Source: an uncultured Gemmatimonadaceae bacterium (GTDB lineage: Bacteria > Gemmatimonadota > Gemmatimonadetes > Gemmatimonadales > Gemmatimonadaceae). Taken from it: a stretch of DNA of 64,000 nt. The notes under the pieces are model-generated. The model searched no databases and was not told where the DNA came from. It worked only from the letters and a program-made list of their open reading frames with translations. The stretch covers positions 2,176,001 through 2,240,000 of the forward strand of contig CAVUDW010000002.1 of NCBI GenBank assembly GCA_963740355.1. The letters run 5' to 3'. Shown piece by piece: positions 9,731-19,666 of the stretch. Each line of letters starts with the position of its first letter. The stretch's first letter is position 1. The translations under genes were made by a program, and so were the position numbers.

Positions 9731-10995
9731 GTTCAGACCGTCTTGTCGCCGCGCTCGACATCGGCTCCGCGTATACCACCGCCCTCATCGCGGAGGTCAC
9801 CGGCGAGCTCCCGCGGCGGCCGATGCTCAAGGTCCTCGGCGTCGGAACGGCCCGAACCGCCGGATTCCGACGTGGTGTGGTGTCGGATATCGAAGAAACG
9901 ACCCGGTCCATCGCGCAGGCACTCGGTGAGGCCGAACGTATGGCCGGTCAGAAGGTCGAAGCGTTGTACGTCGGCATTGCTGGCGAGCACGTCCAGACCA
10001 TGACCAGCCAGGGGATCGTCGCCGTCAACGGTGACGAGATCACCCGCGCCGATGTGGATCGTGCGAACGAAGTCGCCCGGGCCCAGTCCATCCCGCGGGA
10101 ACGGGAACTGCTGCACGCCATCCCGCAGGAATACACCGTCGACAAGAACCTCGGAGTCCGAGATCCCGTCGGAATGGTCGGGACACGCCTCGAGACCGAG
10201 ATGTACCTCGTGACCGTCGGCGCGTCACCAGCCAACAACATCCGGAAAGCAGTCGAGAAGGCAGGCTACAAGACGAAGGACCTCGTCCTGGCCCCGCTCG
10301 CCAGCGCGCTCGCGACGCTGACGGAAGACGAGAAGGAGCTCGGTGTCGTGCTCGTCGAGATGGGGTCGGGCACCACCGACGTTGCCGTCTTCCTCGAAGG
10401 CAAGATTCGCCATGTCGCCACGATCAACCTCGGCGGTCAGAACGTCACGGCCGACATCATCCACGGGCTCGGCGTGTCACCAGTGGATGCCGATCGCCTG
10501 AAGGAAGAGTTCGGCTGCGCGTATGAGCCCATGATCCAGCCTGGCCAGTTCATCACGCTGCCCAGCACCGTCACCCAGGGTGACCGCCAGATCCCGTACG
10601 AACTGCTGGCACACATCATCCAGCAGCGCACCGACGAGATCTTCGATCATGTCCAGCGCGACCTCGAGCGGGCCGGCTTCGCAAAGCAGTTGAACGCCGG
10701 CGTCGTTGTCACCGGCGGCGCATCGGTTACCGCCGGGATCGCTGAACTGGCGTCCGATCTGTTCGGCCAGACCGTCCGCATCGGCATGCCCGCCGGGATC
10801 GACGGCCTCATCGAAGCCGTCAGCTCACCCCGATTCAGCTGCGTCGTCGGACTGGCTCAGTTCGGTGCTGGACGTGTTGCGATTGCCTCCATGCTCCAGC
10901 CGGCCACGACAGGGAAGCGCCCCACTTCCGCCACGCCAGCCGGCGTCAACCAGATCGTCGGCAAGCTGAAGGAGTGGTTCCAGGATTTCTTCTGA
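9727..10995 (+). CDS. ftsA: cell division protein FtsA
   Basis: ALDIGS, actin-like EMGSGTT, VTGGAS, C-terminal amphipathic helix KLKEWFQDFF. Confidence 0.97.
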   Translation: MSSDRLVAALDIGSAYTTALIAEVTGELPRRPMLKVLGVGTARTAGFRRGVVSDIEETTRSIAQALGEAERMAGQKVEALYVGIAGEHVQTMTSQGIVAVNGDEITRADVDRANEVARAQSIPRERELLHAIPQEYTVDKNLGVRDPVGMVGTRLETEMYLVTVGASPANNIRKAVEKAGYKTKDLVLAPLASALATLTEDEKELGVVLVEMGSGTTDVAVFLEGKIRHVATINLGGQNVTADIIHGLGVSPVDADRLKEEFGCAYEPMIQPGQFITLPSTVTQGDRQIPYELLAHIIQQRTDEIFDHVQRDLERAGFAKQLNAGVVVTGGASVTAGIAELASDLFGQTVRIGMPAGIDGLIEAVSSPRFSCVVGLAQFGAGRVAIASMLQPATTGKRPTSATPAGVNQIVGKLKEWFQDFF

Positions 10996-11070
10996 GCTGA
11001 TCGTCAGGCCACCGAACGGACCCTGAGTCGAAGCAAAATTGAGCGTCTGACATCTGCTGCGTGACAGGCC

Positions 11071-11109
11071 AGCCGACCGCATTCCACAGGGAGTGCGGTC
11101 GGCTTTTTT
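11071..11109 (+). terminator. rho-independent terminator after ftsA
   Basis: AGCCGACCGCATTCC / GGAGTGCGGTCGGCT stem of about 15 bp followed by a T-tract. Confidence 0.85.
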
Positions 11110-11382
11110 CGTTCCGGGGAATACGCGCACATGAGCACGCGAATCCAGACAAGTGGGAAATCGCCATCCCTCGGCAGTCGTGAAAGGCAGCAACGGGCAC
11201 AATTGGCCCCAGTGCTTCGGGGCAACTTGTTGCTCGAGGCGTCGACTGAGCACGTCAGGCCGATCGGAACGTCACTCCTCGTGTTGCACACGAAGCAGGC
11301 GCTTCTAAGTGCTGAAGGAGCCTGTTCTTGACCGCTGGTGAGATCGATCTGATTGTGAGCTGTGACGTCCAGAGCCAGCCTC

Positions 11383-11433
11383 TTGACGTCCGCAGTGCAG
11401 GACATAGCGTTGAACACTGCTGTTTGCTATACT
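11383..11433 (+). promoter_or_regulatory. candidate sigma70 promoter(s) of ftsZ
   Basis: TTGACG(11383)-16-TAGCGT(11405) and an extended -10 TGcTATACT (11425-11433). Confidence 0.5.
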
Positions 11434-11548
11434 CTCTGCTTGTCCGCGCCGCCGCGGGGGATCGTGTCTCCGGGCCAGCGTGTTTTCTCTTTGTTTGTCA
11501 GCCGGCCGCCCGGTCTCTCTCCAGCCATCCCGCGGAGCGCAGCGCCCC

Positions 11549-12781
11549 ATGTCCGCCATGATCTTCGAGTTCGAGGAACGCAGTACATCCAACGCCGTCA
11601 TCAAGGTGATTGGTGTTGGCGGCGGCGGCGGGAATGCCGTCAACCGGATGATTGAGGAGCACCTCAGCGGTGTGGAGTTCATCTCGGTCAACACTGACGC
11701 GCAGGCGCTCCACAACTCCAAGGCCAACGTCAAGATCCAGATCGGTCGAAAGCTGACCAACGGACTTGGGGCTGGTGCGCGACCGGATGTCGGTCGGCAG
11801 TCGATTGAAGAGAATCGCGAGGAAGTCAGTCGCATCGTGGCTGGCGCTGACCTCGTCTTCGTGACCTGCGGCATGGGTGGCGGCACCGGTACGGGAGCCG
11901 CGCCAGTCATTGCAGAGATCGCCAGAGAGTCCGGCGCCTTGACCGTCGGCATCGTGACCAAGCCCTTCCTCTTCGAAGGGCGGAAGCGGATGCGCCAAGC
12001 CGAACTCGGCATTAGCGAACTGCGGAAGCACGTCGACACAATGATCGTCGTCCCGAACGAACGACTGCTCGCGGTCGTCGGACGTGGGATGCCGTTCCAG
12101 GATGCCCTGAAGAAGGCCGACGAGGTCCTGCTCCAGGCGACCTCAGGCATTTCCGGCATCATCAACACGTCCAGTACGATCAACGTCGACTTCGCCGACG
12201 TCCGCACCGTCATGCAGAACGGCGGCTCGGCGCTCATGGGTTCAGGCATCGGGCGCGGTGAGAACCGCGCGATGGAAGCTGCCCAGCAGGCCATCGCCAG
12301 CCCGTTGCTCGACAGCGTCTCGATTTCCGGCGCCCAGTCCGTCCTCATCAACATCGTGGGCGGCCCGGACCTCCAACTCGGCGAAGTCCAGCAAATTGCC
12401 GAGCTCGTTCAGGAGTCCGTCGGCGACGACGCCGAAATCATCTTCGGCGGCGATTCCAGCAATCCTGCGATGGAAGGAGAAATCCGCGTCACGCTCATCG
12501 CGACCGGATTCGACCGTGCGCTCGGCCAGGCGACCCCGGACTTCCGGCCCGGGATCGTGCCTGCGGCCAGTCAGGGTCGGCAGGTACCGGCTCAGCTCGT
12601 CGTCCCGAAGCCCAGCAGCATCGTGCGCCCGGGCCAGTCCGGCCAGACGCCGCAGGCGATCCAACAGGCTCAGCCGAACGCCGGTGGTCCGCGCCCCGTC
12701 ACTGGGCCGGCGCGCCCGATGCGACCCGTTTCTCAAGACGATCTCGAAATTCCGACCTTCATGCGGCGCCAGATGGATTGA
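11549..12781 (+). CDS. ftsZ: cell division protein FtsZ
   Basis: GGGGGNAVN, tubulin motif GMGGGTGTG, NVDFADV, C-terminal DLEIPTFMRR. Start is ATG 11549 or 11558. Confidence 0.98.
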   Translation: MSAMIFEFEERSTSNAVIKVIGVGGGGGNAVNRMIEEHLSGVEFISVNTDAQALHNSKANVKIQIGRKLTNGLGAGARPDVGRQSIEENREEVSRIVAGADLVFVTCGMGGGTGTGAAPVIAEIARESGALTVGIVTKPFLFEGRKRMRQAELGISELRKHVDTMIVVPNERLLAVVGRGMPFQDALKKADEVLLQATSGISGIINTSSTINVDFADVRTVMQNGGSALMGSGIGRGENRAMEAAQQAIASPLLDSVSISGAQSVLINIVGGPDLQLGEVQQIAELVQESVGDDAEIIFGGDSSNPAMEGEIRVTLIATGFDRALGQATPDFRPGIVPAASQGRQVPAQLVVPKPSSIVRPGQSGQTPQAIQQAQPNAGGPRPVTGPARPMRPVSQDDLEIPTFMRRQMD

Positions 12782-12812
12782 GTCCTGAGGCGCATCGGGC
12801 CATCATGAGTTG

Positions 12813-14192
12813 ATGCCCGACGCTCCGATCGAATCCGGATACCGAACGCGACGAGAGCGCGCGCTTGAACGCCATGCACGGCGTCGGGCGCGCGCCGTCG
12901 TTTTGGTGAGCGTCCTGGCCGCAGCCGGCGTCGCTCTGTGGCGACTGCCCCAGCGACAGCCGCCCTTGCCGCGAGACACCGATACCCGGGCGCCGTCGCT
13001 TCCCGTGGCGCGGCGAGACACCATCCGGAAGGGCGAGCTCGTGGTCGCCGGCCTCATGCGGGCCGGCCTCGATTCTGGTCAAGCCGCCGACGTGGTACGC
13101 GCCTCCGAAACACGGCCGACCGCGCGGCGTGACATCCCCTTCGCTCTCTTTTCCGACAGCTCGACCGCGCCCGTTCGGGAGGTCGAGTTTCAGGTCGCGG
13201 ACGACCGCAGCATCCGCGTCATGCGCGTCGCCGAGACGGTGTGGGAAGCCACTGAGCGGCGCGAGCTCTGGCGCATCGACACCATCGCCGTTCGGGGCCC
13301 CGTCGTCGGGTCGCTGGTCGAATCCGTCCGCAGTGCTGGTCGAGGTGCGCTCAGTGTCCGGGCACGTCTCGATCTCGCGTATGCCGTCGCCGAGGCGTTC
13401 GAGTACAAGCTCGATGTCAGCCGGGATCTCGGCCCAGGCGATTCAGTGGTGGCCGTCGTCGAGCGTCGACGCACTGCGTTCGGCGCCGAGCAGACCGGAC
13501 CCCTCATCGCGGGGGCACTACTGCATGGCGGCGAGTGGCTGAGGGCCATCCGTTTTACAACCCCGAAGGGCACCTCGGAGTATTACGATGTGGATGGTCG
13601 ACCCATGCGCACAACGTTCCTCGCCGCCCCGCTCGAGTTCCGTCGGATGTCGAGCGCATTCGGCCTGCGGTTGCATCCCATCCTTGGCATTTTTCGGCGG
13701 CACCCCGGCATCGATTTCGCGGCGGCGAACGGCACGCCGGTGCGTGCGGTTGGGGACGGTGCGGTGATCAAGGCTGGGTACGGTGGTGGCTATGGCAAGG
13801 TGATCGAACTCCGTCATCGCGACGGCATGATCACGCGGTACGGTCACCTTCGTGCATTCGCGACAGGATTGCGTGAAGGGCAGGTGGTAACGCAGGGACA
13901 GGTTATTGGCTTCGTTGGGTCTACCGGACTTTCCACGGGCCCGCATCTGCACTTCGAGACCTTGGTGAACGGTGTATCCAAAGAACCAACCCGCACGTTG
14001 CGCGAAGCGAGTGGCATCGTGCTGACCGGCCCTGAACTGACCAAGTTCGCGCTCACGCGCGACGCCATCGCAGCGCGCCTCGGCATTGTGCACTCCACGG
14101 CAGTGACTACCCGTCGGGCCACCGATTCCGCGGTGCCGGCAGCGGCCGTTCCCGTCACCCCACCTGCGGCGAGCTTGGGCGCGCCGAAGTGA
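12813..14192 (+). CDS. M23 family peptidoglycan endopeptidase (MepM/ShyA-like)
   Basis: N-terminal TM; HPGIDFA (HxxxD), YGHL and STGPHLHFE (HxH) zinc ligands. Confidence 0.9.
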   Translation: MPDAPIESGYRTRRERALERHARRRARAVVLVSVLAAAGVALWRLPQRQPPLPRDTDTRAPSLPVARRDTIRKGELVVAGLMRAGLDSGQAADVVRASETRPTARRDIPFALFSDSSTAPVREVEFQVADDRSIRVMRVAETVWEATERRELWRIDTIAVRGPVVGSLVESVRSAGRGALSVRARLDLAYAVAEAFEYKLDVSRDLGPGDSVVAVVERRRTAFGAEQTGPLIAGALLHGGEWLRAIRFTTPKGTSEYYDVDGRPMRTTFLAAPLEFRRMSSAFGLRLHPILGIFRRHPGIDFAAANGTPVRAVGDGAVIKAGYGGGYGKVIELRHRDGMITRYGHLRAFATGLREGQVVTQGQVIGFVGSTGLSTGPHLHFETLVNGVSKEPTRTLREASGIVLTGPELTKFALTRDAIAARLGIVHSTAVTTRRATDSAVPAAAVPVTPPAASLGAPK

Positions 14193-15985
14193 ACGTGGCT
14201 CTCGGTTGGGGGCTCGCGCTCGGTGCAGGGTTGGTTGTGTCGTGGATTGCGTATCCCGCCAGCGCAGGGCAGCGACTTCGTCCCCTGTTGATGCTGCTCC
14301 GCCTGCTCGCGGTGGTGCTCGTCATGGCACTGGTGCTCGACCTCACCGTCGGTGCGTCGCGCCCGCCGGCGCCGATCGTGGCGCTCGATGCCTCTGCGAG
14401 CTGGATCAGGAGTGGCGACACGGCGGCATGGCGGATGGCTGGTGATTCGGCGCGCGCCGCCGCTACAGGTGGTGAACTCGTGCTCTTCGGCGATTCTGCA
14501 CGAAAAGCTACTATAGCTGCAGTGCCTGGCGACTTTGCATCATTGGTCGGGCCCGTGCTGGAGCGCGCTGCCGCTGGTGGCCAGCGTGTCGTGGTCATCA
14601 CGGATGGTCGGCTGGATGATCCCGACGGCCTGCAGCAGGCGGTGGCCGGTTCGCGATTGCTGGTGCTTCCGACCAGCGCCATCGCAGACCGCGCCGTGTT
14701 CGACGTCAGCGCGCCGGCGGAGGGTCGCGTCGGCGATACGGTGACGGTGCAGGCCCGCATCGTGGCCGACGGTCCTGTGGCTGCGACCTCTACGCTGCGG
14801 TGGACGCTCGACGCGGCGGTGCTTGGTGAATCGCCGGTGCCTGCGCTCGCGGCCGGCGGGGAGGCGGTGGTCGAGACGCGTGTCGTAATTCCTGCTGGTG
14901 ATTCGGTCGCTGTGTTGCGCGCCGCACTTCCTGCTGGCGCCGACCAGCAGCCGCGCAACGACACCCTCTCGATCGCATTCCGGCGTGGCGCGCGTCAGCG
15001 TGTGGTCATTGTGTCGACTGCACCAGACGCTGACGTCCGCGATGTTGCGACGGCCTTGCGTGCGAATGTCACGATGCCGACGGACGTGTACTACCGCATC
15101 GCGCCAGGCCGCTGGCTTCGTGACGGAGCGTTGCTTCCTGTGGAAGAAGCCATCGTACGTGCTGCGGTGCGCGGTGCGTCGCTTGCCGTGCTGCATGGTG
15201 ACACTGCCGTGATGGGTGCCCCCTCGGCGCTTGGCACGCGCGCCTTGCTGCTGCTGGCGCCTCCGCCAGAAGGTGCAGCCGAGCTGCTCGTGCGGGCCGC
15301 ACCGGCCTCACCATTGCAGGCTGCGCTCGCCGGAATCGTCGTCGAGTCATTGCCGCCGTTGCTTGTGTCCGCTCCCGCACGTGGTGGCGTGGTTGCGCTC
15401 AGCGCGGCGGCTGGCGTTCCGACCGGTGGTGCCACGCCCATCGTGACCACCATCGATGGTGAGGTGCGCCGAGTGGTCGTCACGGCGGCTGGATACAACC
15501 GCTGGCGTGCGCGGGGGGGCGTCAGCGAGGTTGCATTTCAGGCGCTGGTGGGTGGCGCCACCGATTGGCTCCTCGGTGCTCGTGGACGCGCATCGGCGCC
15601 GGTGCCCGCTGTCGCGCTTGTGCGTGCAGGAAGTGTGGTGCAGTGGCGGCGCGGTGCGAAGAACGAGTCCGTCGTGGTCCTGACGCGTGATGGTGATCGG
15701 GCCGCTTTTCGTGACTCGCTGCACTTCGGGAGCGCGACGCTCGCGACATCATCCGCGCTCGCGGGCGGCGTATGGCGCGGCTCGGTGGACGGCGTCGCGA
15801 TCGTGTTGCCTGTCAGCCCGTCTCGCGAATGGCTGCCGCGACCCGTGTCGCTGCGCACAGGGCTCCTCAATGGCGAGGCCGTTGCCGTGCGGCGCGGTGC
15901 GCGCTCGCTCAGCTGGCTCTACCTTGCAGGGGTGCTGCTGCTCGCGGCAGAGTGGCTCCTCCGGCGACGTGCCGGGCTTCGCTGA
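14189..15985 (+). CDS. membrane-anchored vWA-domain protein with Ig-like domain
   Basis: Two N-terminal TMs, MIDAS-like ALDASAS and VVITDG, beta-rich central part, C-terminal TM ending EWLLRRRAGLR. Confidence 0.7.
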   Translation: MNVALGWGLALGAGLVVSWIAYPASAGQRLRPLLMLLRLLAVVLVMALVLDLTVGASRPPAPIVALDASASWIRSGDTAAWRMAGDSARAAATGGELVLFGDSARKATIAAVPGDFASLVGPVLERAAAGGQRVVVITDGRLDDPDGLQQAVAGSRLLVLPTSAIADRAVFDVSAPAEGRVGDTVTVQARIVADGPVAATSTLRWTLDAAVLGESPVPALAAGGEAVVETRVVIPAGDSVAVLRAALPAGADQQPRNDTLSIAFRRGARQRVVIVSTAPDADVRDVATALRANVTMPTDVYYRIAPGRWLRDGALLPVEEAIVRAAVRGASLAVLHGDTAVMGAPSALGTRALLLLAPPPEGAAELLVRAAPASPLQAALAGIVVESLPPLLVSAPARGGVVALSAAAGVPTGGATPIVTTIDGEVRRVVVTAAGYNRWRARGGVSEVAFQALVGGATDWLLGARGRASAPVPAVALVRAGSVVQWRRGAKNESVVVLTRDGDRAAFRDSLHFGSATLATSSALAGGVWRGSVDGVAIVLPVSPSREWLPRPVSLRTGLLNGEAVAVRRGARSLSWLYLAGVLLLAAEWLLRRRAGLR

Positions 15986-16024
15986 CGCACTGTCATTCCC
16001 TGTCGTTCACCTCGAATCCATCGC

Positions 16025-16958
16025 ATGGCGCGTCTCTTTCGTCGCGACGGCGACCTCCCGAAGAAGTCATTCTGGCAGAAGGTCAAGTCGGTCGTTACAA
16101 CCAACTGGCGCGTCGCCATTCGTGGCGGCGTCGATCAGGGATCGCTCGAGCAGCTCGAACAGGTGCTGCTGGAATCGGACTTTGGGCCCGGCGGTCGCGC
16201 TGAAACTCGTCGCGGCCGTCGAGGATCGTGCGCGCCGTGGCCAGGTGCGGACGGAGGATGAGTTCTCCGCCGCGTTGCAGGAGGAGATCGCCGCAGCATT
16301 GCGCACGGGCAATGCGAATCCTGCCGTCCATTATCAGGCTGCTGGCCCGACCGTCATCCTCGTGCTTGGCGTCAACGGCGCAGGCAAGACGACCTTCATC
16401 GGCAAGCTCGCCTCTCGGCTGCAGCGCAATGGGAAACGCGTGCTGGTGGCTGCTGGCGACACCTTTCGCGCTGGCGCGATCGAGCAGCTGCGGGTGTGGG
16501 CGCAGCGCAGCGGTGCCGACTTCGTCAGCGCATCGCCTGGGTCGGATCCAGCCGCGGTTGCATTCAACGCGATTGACGCCGGTGTGACACGCGGTGTTGA
16601 TGTTGTCATCGTGGACACCGCCGGACGACTACACACCAGTGATGCGCTGATGGATGAACTCCGGAAGGTCGTGCGCGTCATCGCGAAGCGGCTGCCGGGC
16701 GCACCGCATGAAGCGCTGCTCGTGCTCGATGGCACGATCGGCCAGAATGCCGTGCAGCAGGCGCGCACCTTTGCGGCGGCCGTGCCTCTCACGGGGCTCG
16801 TCGTCACGAAGCTCGACGGGACTGCGAAGGGAGGTGTCGTGGTAGCCGTGCACGAGGCCTTGGACATTCCCGTGAAGTTCATCGGCACTGGTGAATCGGC
16901 AGACGACCTGCACGACTTCGATGCCGCGGAATTTGCCGAGGCGATGTTCGAGTCGTGA
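16025..16958 (+). CDS. ftsY: SRP receptor FtsY, interrupted by an apparent 1-nt insertion at about 16184-16191
   Basis: N-domain (LEQVLLESDFG) is in ORF 16025..16261; G-domain (GVNGAGKTT, DTFRAGA, DTAGR, TKLDGTAKGG) is in a different frame ending at 16958. Confidence 0.92.
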
Positions 16959-19066
16959 CCGACCCCTCGCGGCGTGACCGACGGGGCGGTGGCGTTGCGC
17001 CGCCTGTCACGTTGCTCACCCCCGTCACGTATCTGAAGGGGGTCGGGCCGCGCCGCGCGGAGTTGCTGGCGAAGCTGGGCATCACGACGGCCGGTGATCT
17101 GCTGATGCATGTGCCACGTCGCTACGAAGATGCGACGACCGTGTTGCCTGTTGCACGCGCACAGCCAGGCAACGACGTCACGGTGCTGGGCCGAGTGATT
17201 TCGAAGGGAATCATTCCCACGCGGCGTGGCCTGCGGATTTTTCAGGCCGTCATCCAGGATGCGAGCGGGCTCCTCGAAGTCGGGTGGCCGGGGCAGCCGC
17301 ATCTCGATCGCACCATCAACGTCGGTGACGTGCTGCTCCTCAGTGGGCCGGTGCGAATCTTTCATGGCCGGCAGCTCGCACCGCGCGAGTTCGTCAACCT
17401 CGGCGCTGATGATTCCGGCACTGCCGGTGGGCGAGTGCTGGCGGTGTATCCCGCCACCGACGGGCTACCGACCAAGCTGCTGCGCGCACTCGTGGAAGCA
17501 CAGCTCGATGCGCTGTTGCCGCAGGTCGTGGAGCCGCTTCCGCCGCAGGTGTTGGCTGCCGCCGGCGTGCCACCGCTGCCGGAAGCGTTGCGCCTCGTGC
17601 ATCGGCCTGGCAGCGTGAAGGAGGCTGAGCGTGGGCGTGCGCGCCTCGCCTTCGAGGAGCTCTTCTGCGTGCAACTGTTGCATCGCCGCGCGAATCAGCT
17701 CGAGCGATCGGCGCGTGATGGCATCACCTTCGTCAACCGTCGCAAGCTGACGACGGCGCTCAAGGAGCAGCTGCCGTTCACTTTGACCAATGCACAGGTT
17801 CGCGTGCTGCGGGAGATCGTGGCCGACATGACGAGTACGCAGCGCATGCATCGGCTCTTGCAGGGCGATGTTGGCAGCGGCAAGACGATCGTGGCGTTGT
17901 TCGCGGCGCTCGTTGCGCTCGAGAATGATTGGCAGGCGGCATTGATGGCACCCACCGAACTGCTGGCTGAGCAGCACCTGCGCACGTTCACGAAGCTGCT
18001 GGCGCCGCTTGGCATCACACCGGCATTGCTGACGGGACGGATGGGCGCCGCCGAGCGCCGTGCCGTGGCCACGCGGTTGGCATCGTACGAGCCATTGATC
18101 GTTGTCGGCACACACGCGTTGGTCCAGGATGCCACCTCCTTCGGAAAGTTGGGCCTGGTGATCGTCGATGAGCAGCACCGCTTCGGTGTCGAACAGCGGA
18201 AGGCGCTGCAGGCCAAGGGGGCGACGCCAGATGTGTTGCTGATGAGCGCGACGCCGATACCGCGCTCACTGGCACTCACGATCTATGGCGACCTCGATGT
18301 CAGTCTGCTCGATGAGAAGCCGCCTGGCCGTGTGCCGATCGTGACCACCATGCGTCCCGAATCCGCGCGCGATCGTGTGATGACATTCGTGAATGCGCAG
18401 CTCGACGCTGGTCGCCAGGCCTACGTTGTGTATCCCGTCATCGAGGAGTCGGAGCGGAGCGACCTGCGCGCCGCCACGCAGATGGCGGAGGAGCTCTCGG
18501 GAACGGTCTTTGCTGGCCGACGCGTGGGGCTGCTACATGGTCGACTCAAGGGTGATGAGAAGGACGGTGTCATGCGTGCCTTCCTTGCGCGCGAGATCGA
18601 CGTGCTGGTGGCCACCACGGTGATCGAGGTCGGCATCGACGTGCCGAATGCGTCCGTGATGCTGATTGAGCATCCTGAGCGATTCGGCTTGTCCCAACTG
18701 CACCAGCTGCGTGGCCGCGTCGGGCGCGGAGCGACGGACAGCTACTGCATCCTGCTTGGCGACGTGTCCCCGGACTCCGCCGAACGCCTGGACATCTTCG
18801 TCTCGACCGAGGACGGATTCGAGATCGCGCGCGCCGACATGCGATTGCGCGGCATGGGCGACCTGTTCGGTGAGCGTCAGAGCGGCTTGCCGAGTTTCCG
18901 CGTGGCCGACCCTTTGCGCGACGAAGCCCTGATTCCCGTGGCGCGTGCGGCTGCCGAGAAGGTGCTCGCCGCTGACCCGACGTTGAGCAAACCCGAGCAT
19001 CTACCCCTGCGGGAATTGCTCACCGGTCGGTACCGACGTGCGCTGGAGCTGTTCCGGGTCGGCTGA
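16955..19066 (+). CDS. recG: ATP-dependent DNA helicase RecG
   Basis: QGDVGSGKT, DEQHRFG, SATPIPRSL, QLHQLRGRVGRG, DGFEIARAD. Confidence 0.97.
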   Translation: MTDPSRRDRRGGGVAPPVTLLTPVTYLKGVGPRRAELLAKLGITTAGDLLMHVPRRYEDATTVLPVARAQPGNDVTVLGRVISKGIIPTRRGLRIFQAVIQDASGLLEVGWPGQPHLDRTINVGDVLLLSGPVRIFHGRQLAPREFVNLGADDSGTAGGRVLAVYPATDGLPTKLLRALVEAQLDALLPQVVEPLPPQVLAAAGVPPLPEALRLVHRPGSVKEAERGRARLAFEELFCVQLLHRRANQLERSARDGITFVNRRKLTTALKEQLPFTLTNAQVRVLREIVADMTSTQRMHRLLQGDVGSGKTIVALFAALVALENDWQAALMAPTELLAEQHLRTFTKLLAPLGITPALLTGRMGAAERRAVATRLASYEPLIVVGTHALVQDATSFGKLGLVIVDEQHRFGVEQRKALQAKGATPDVLLMSATPIPRSLALTIYGDLDVSLLDEKPPGRVPIVTTMRPESARDRVMTFVNAQLDAGRQAYVVYPVIEESERSDLRAATQMAEELSGTVFAGRRVGLLHGRLKGDEKDGVMRAFLAREIDVLVATTVIEVGIDVPNASVMLIEHPERFGLSQLHQLRGRVGRGATDSYCILLGDVSPDSAERLDIFVSTEDGFEIARADMRLRGMGDLFGERQSGLPSFRVADPLRDEALIPVARAAAEKVLAADPTLSKPEHLPLRELLTGRYRRALELFRVG

Positions 19067-19108
19067 TCGTGTTCGCGTGCGGCGCCCTGCGCGTGACGGA
19101 ACGCCCCG

Positions 19109-19666
19109 CTACGGGGCGCTCAGGCGACGACGCAGGCGCAGGATCTCGGCACTCAGTTTGGCCACCGAATCACGCGCCAGCTTCAGTTCATCGAGTCGGT
19201 CGGTGGCCAGCTGGGTCGCTTGTACGCGCCGCCGCACCTCGGCCCGACGCAGTGAATCCACCGCGTTGATGTTCCGTCGCATCAGCACCGCTTCGGCGCG
19301 CACTTCGAGCGCCACCGAGTCGGCGAGCAGCGAGTCGATCTGTGCGATGGCGAGTGACGGGTCGCCGCCGGCGCTGCGCTGGTCGGCCCGCATCAGGGCG
19401 CGCCACCACTTCGCACGGTCGCCTTCCGGCGTTCGTGTGTTCTCCCGGGCGAATTGCAGCAGGGTCGAATCCGCCGAGACGGTGCGGTTTTCGGCGATCA
19501 TGGCCAGCACCGAGGTCTGGGTGGCCATCCACTGCGAGCGTACGCTTGGGGCCGGCAGTGGTGGGGGCGGCAACACGGCCGTGACGACCGGTGCGCTTCC
19601 ACGACAGGATGCCAGCAGGGCAGTGACCGCGATTGCGAGGCCTATATGACGAACAGGAGTGGTCAT
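19109..19666 (-). CDS. hypothetical alpha-helical lipoprotein, coupled to the upstream kinase
   Basis: Lipobox LLASC, Pro-rich linker, C-terminal coiled coil; 4-bp overlap with the kinase stop. Confidence 0.75.
   Translation of the reverse strand: MTTPVRHIGLAIAVTALLASCRGSAPVVTAVLPPPPLPAPSVRSQWMATQTSVLAMIAENRTVSADSTLLQFARENTRTPEGDRAKWWRALMRADQRSAGGDPSLAIAQIDSLLADSVALEVRAEAVLMRRNINAVDSLRRAEVRRRVQATQLATDRLDELKLARDSVAKLSAEILRLRRRLSAP

Noticed and set aside
11058..11100. GTGACAGGC...CCACAGGGAG resembles part of a ZTP (pfl) riboswitch
   Set aside because: It lacks the GTGG pairing partner and the 3' CGCCTGGGC element; it is better explained as a terminator, and the gene context is wrong.
11131..11331. 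66-aa ORF (and other small ORFs) in the ftsA-ftsZ spacer
   Set aside because: Atypical codon usage and no recognisable motif; cannot be supported as coding.
15687..16190. N-terminal part of the 423-aa ORF 15687..16958
   Set aside because: Spurious extension overlapping the upstream gene; the true FtsY N-terminus is in another frame starting at 16025.
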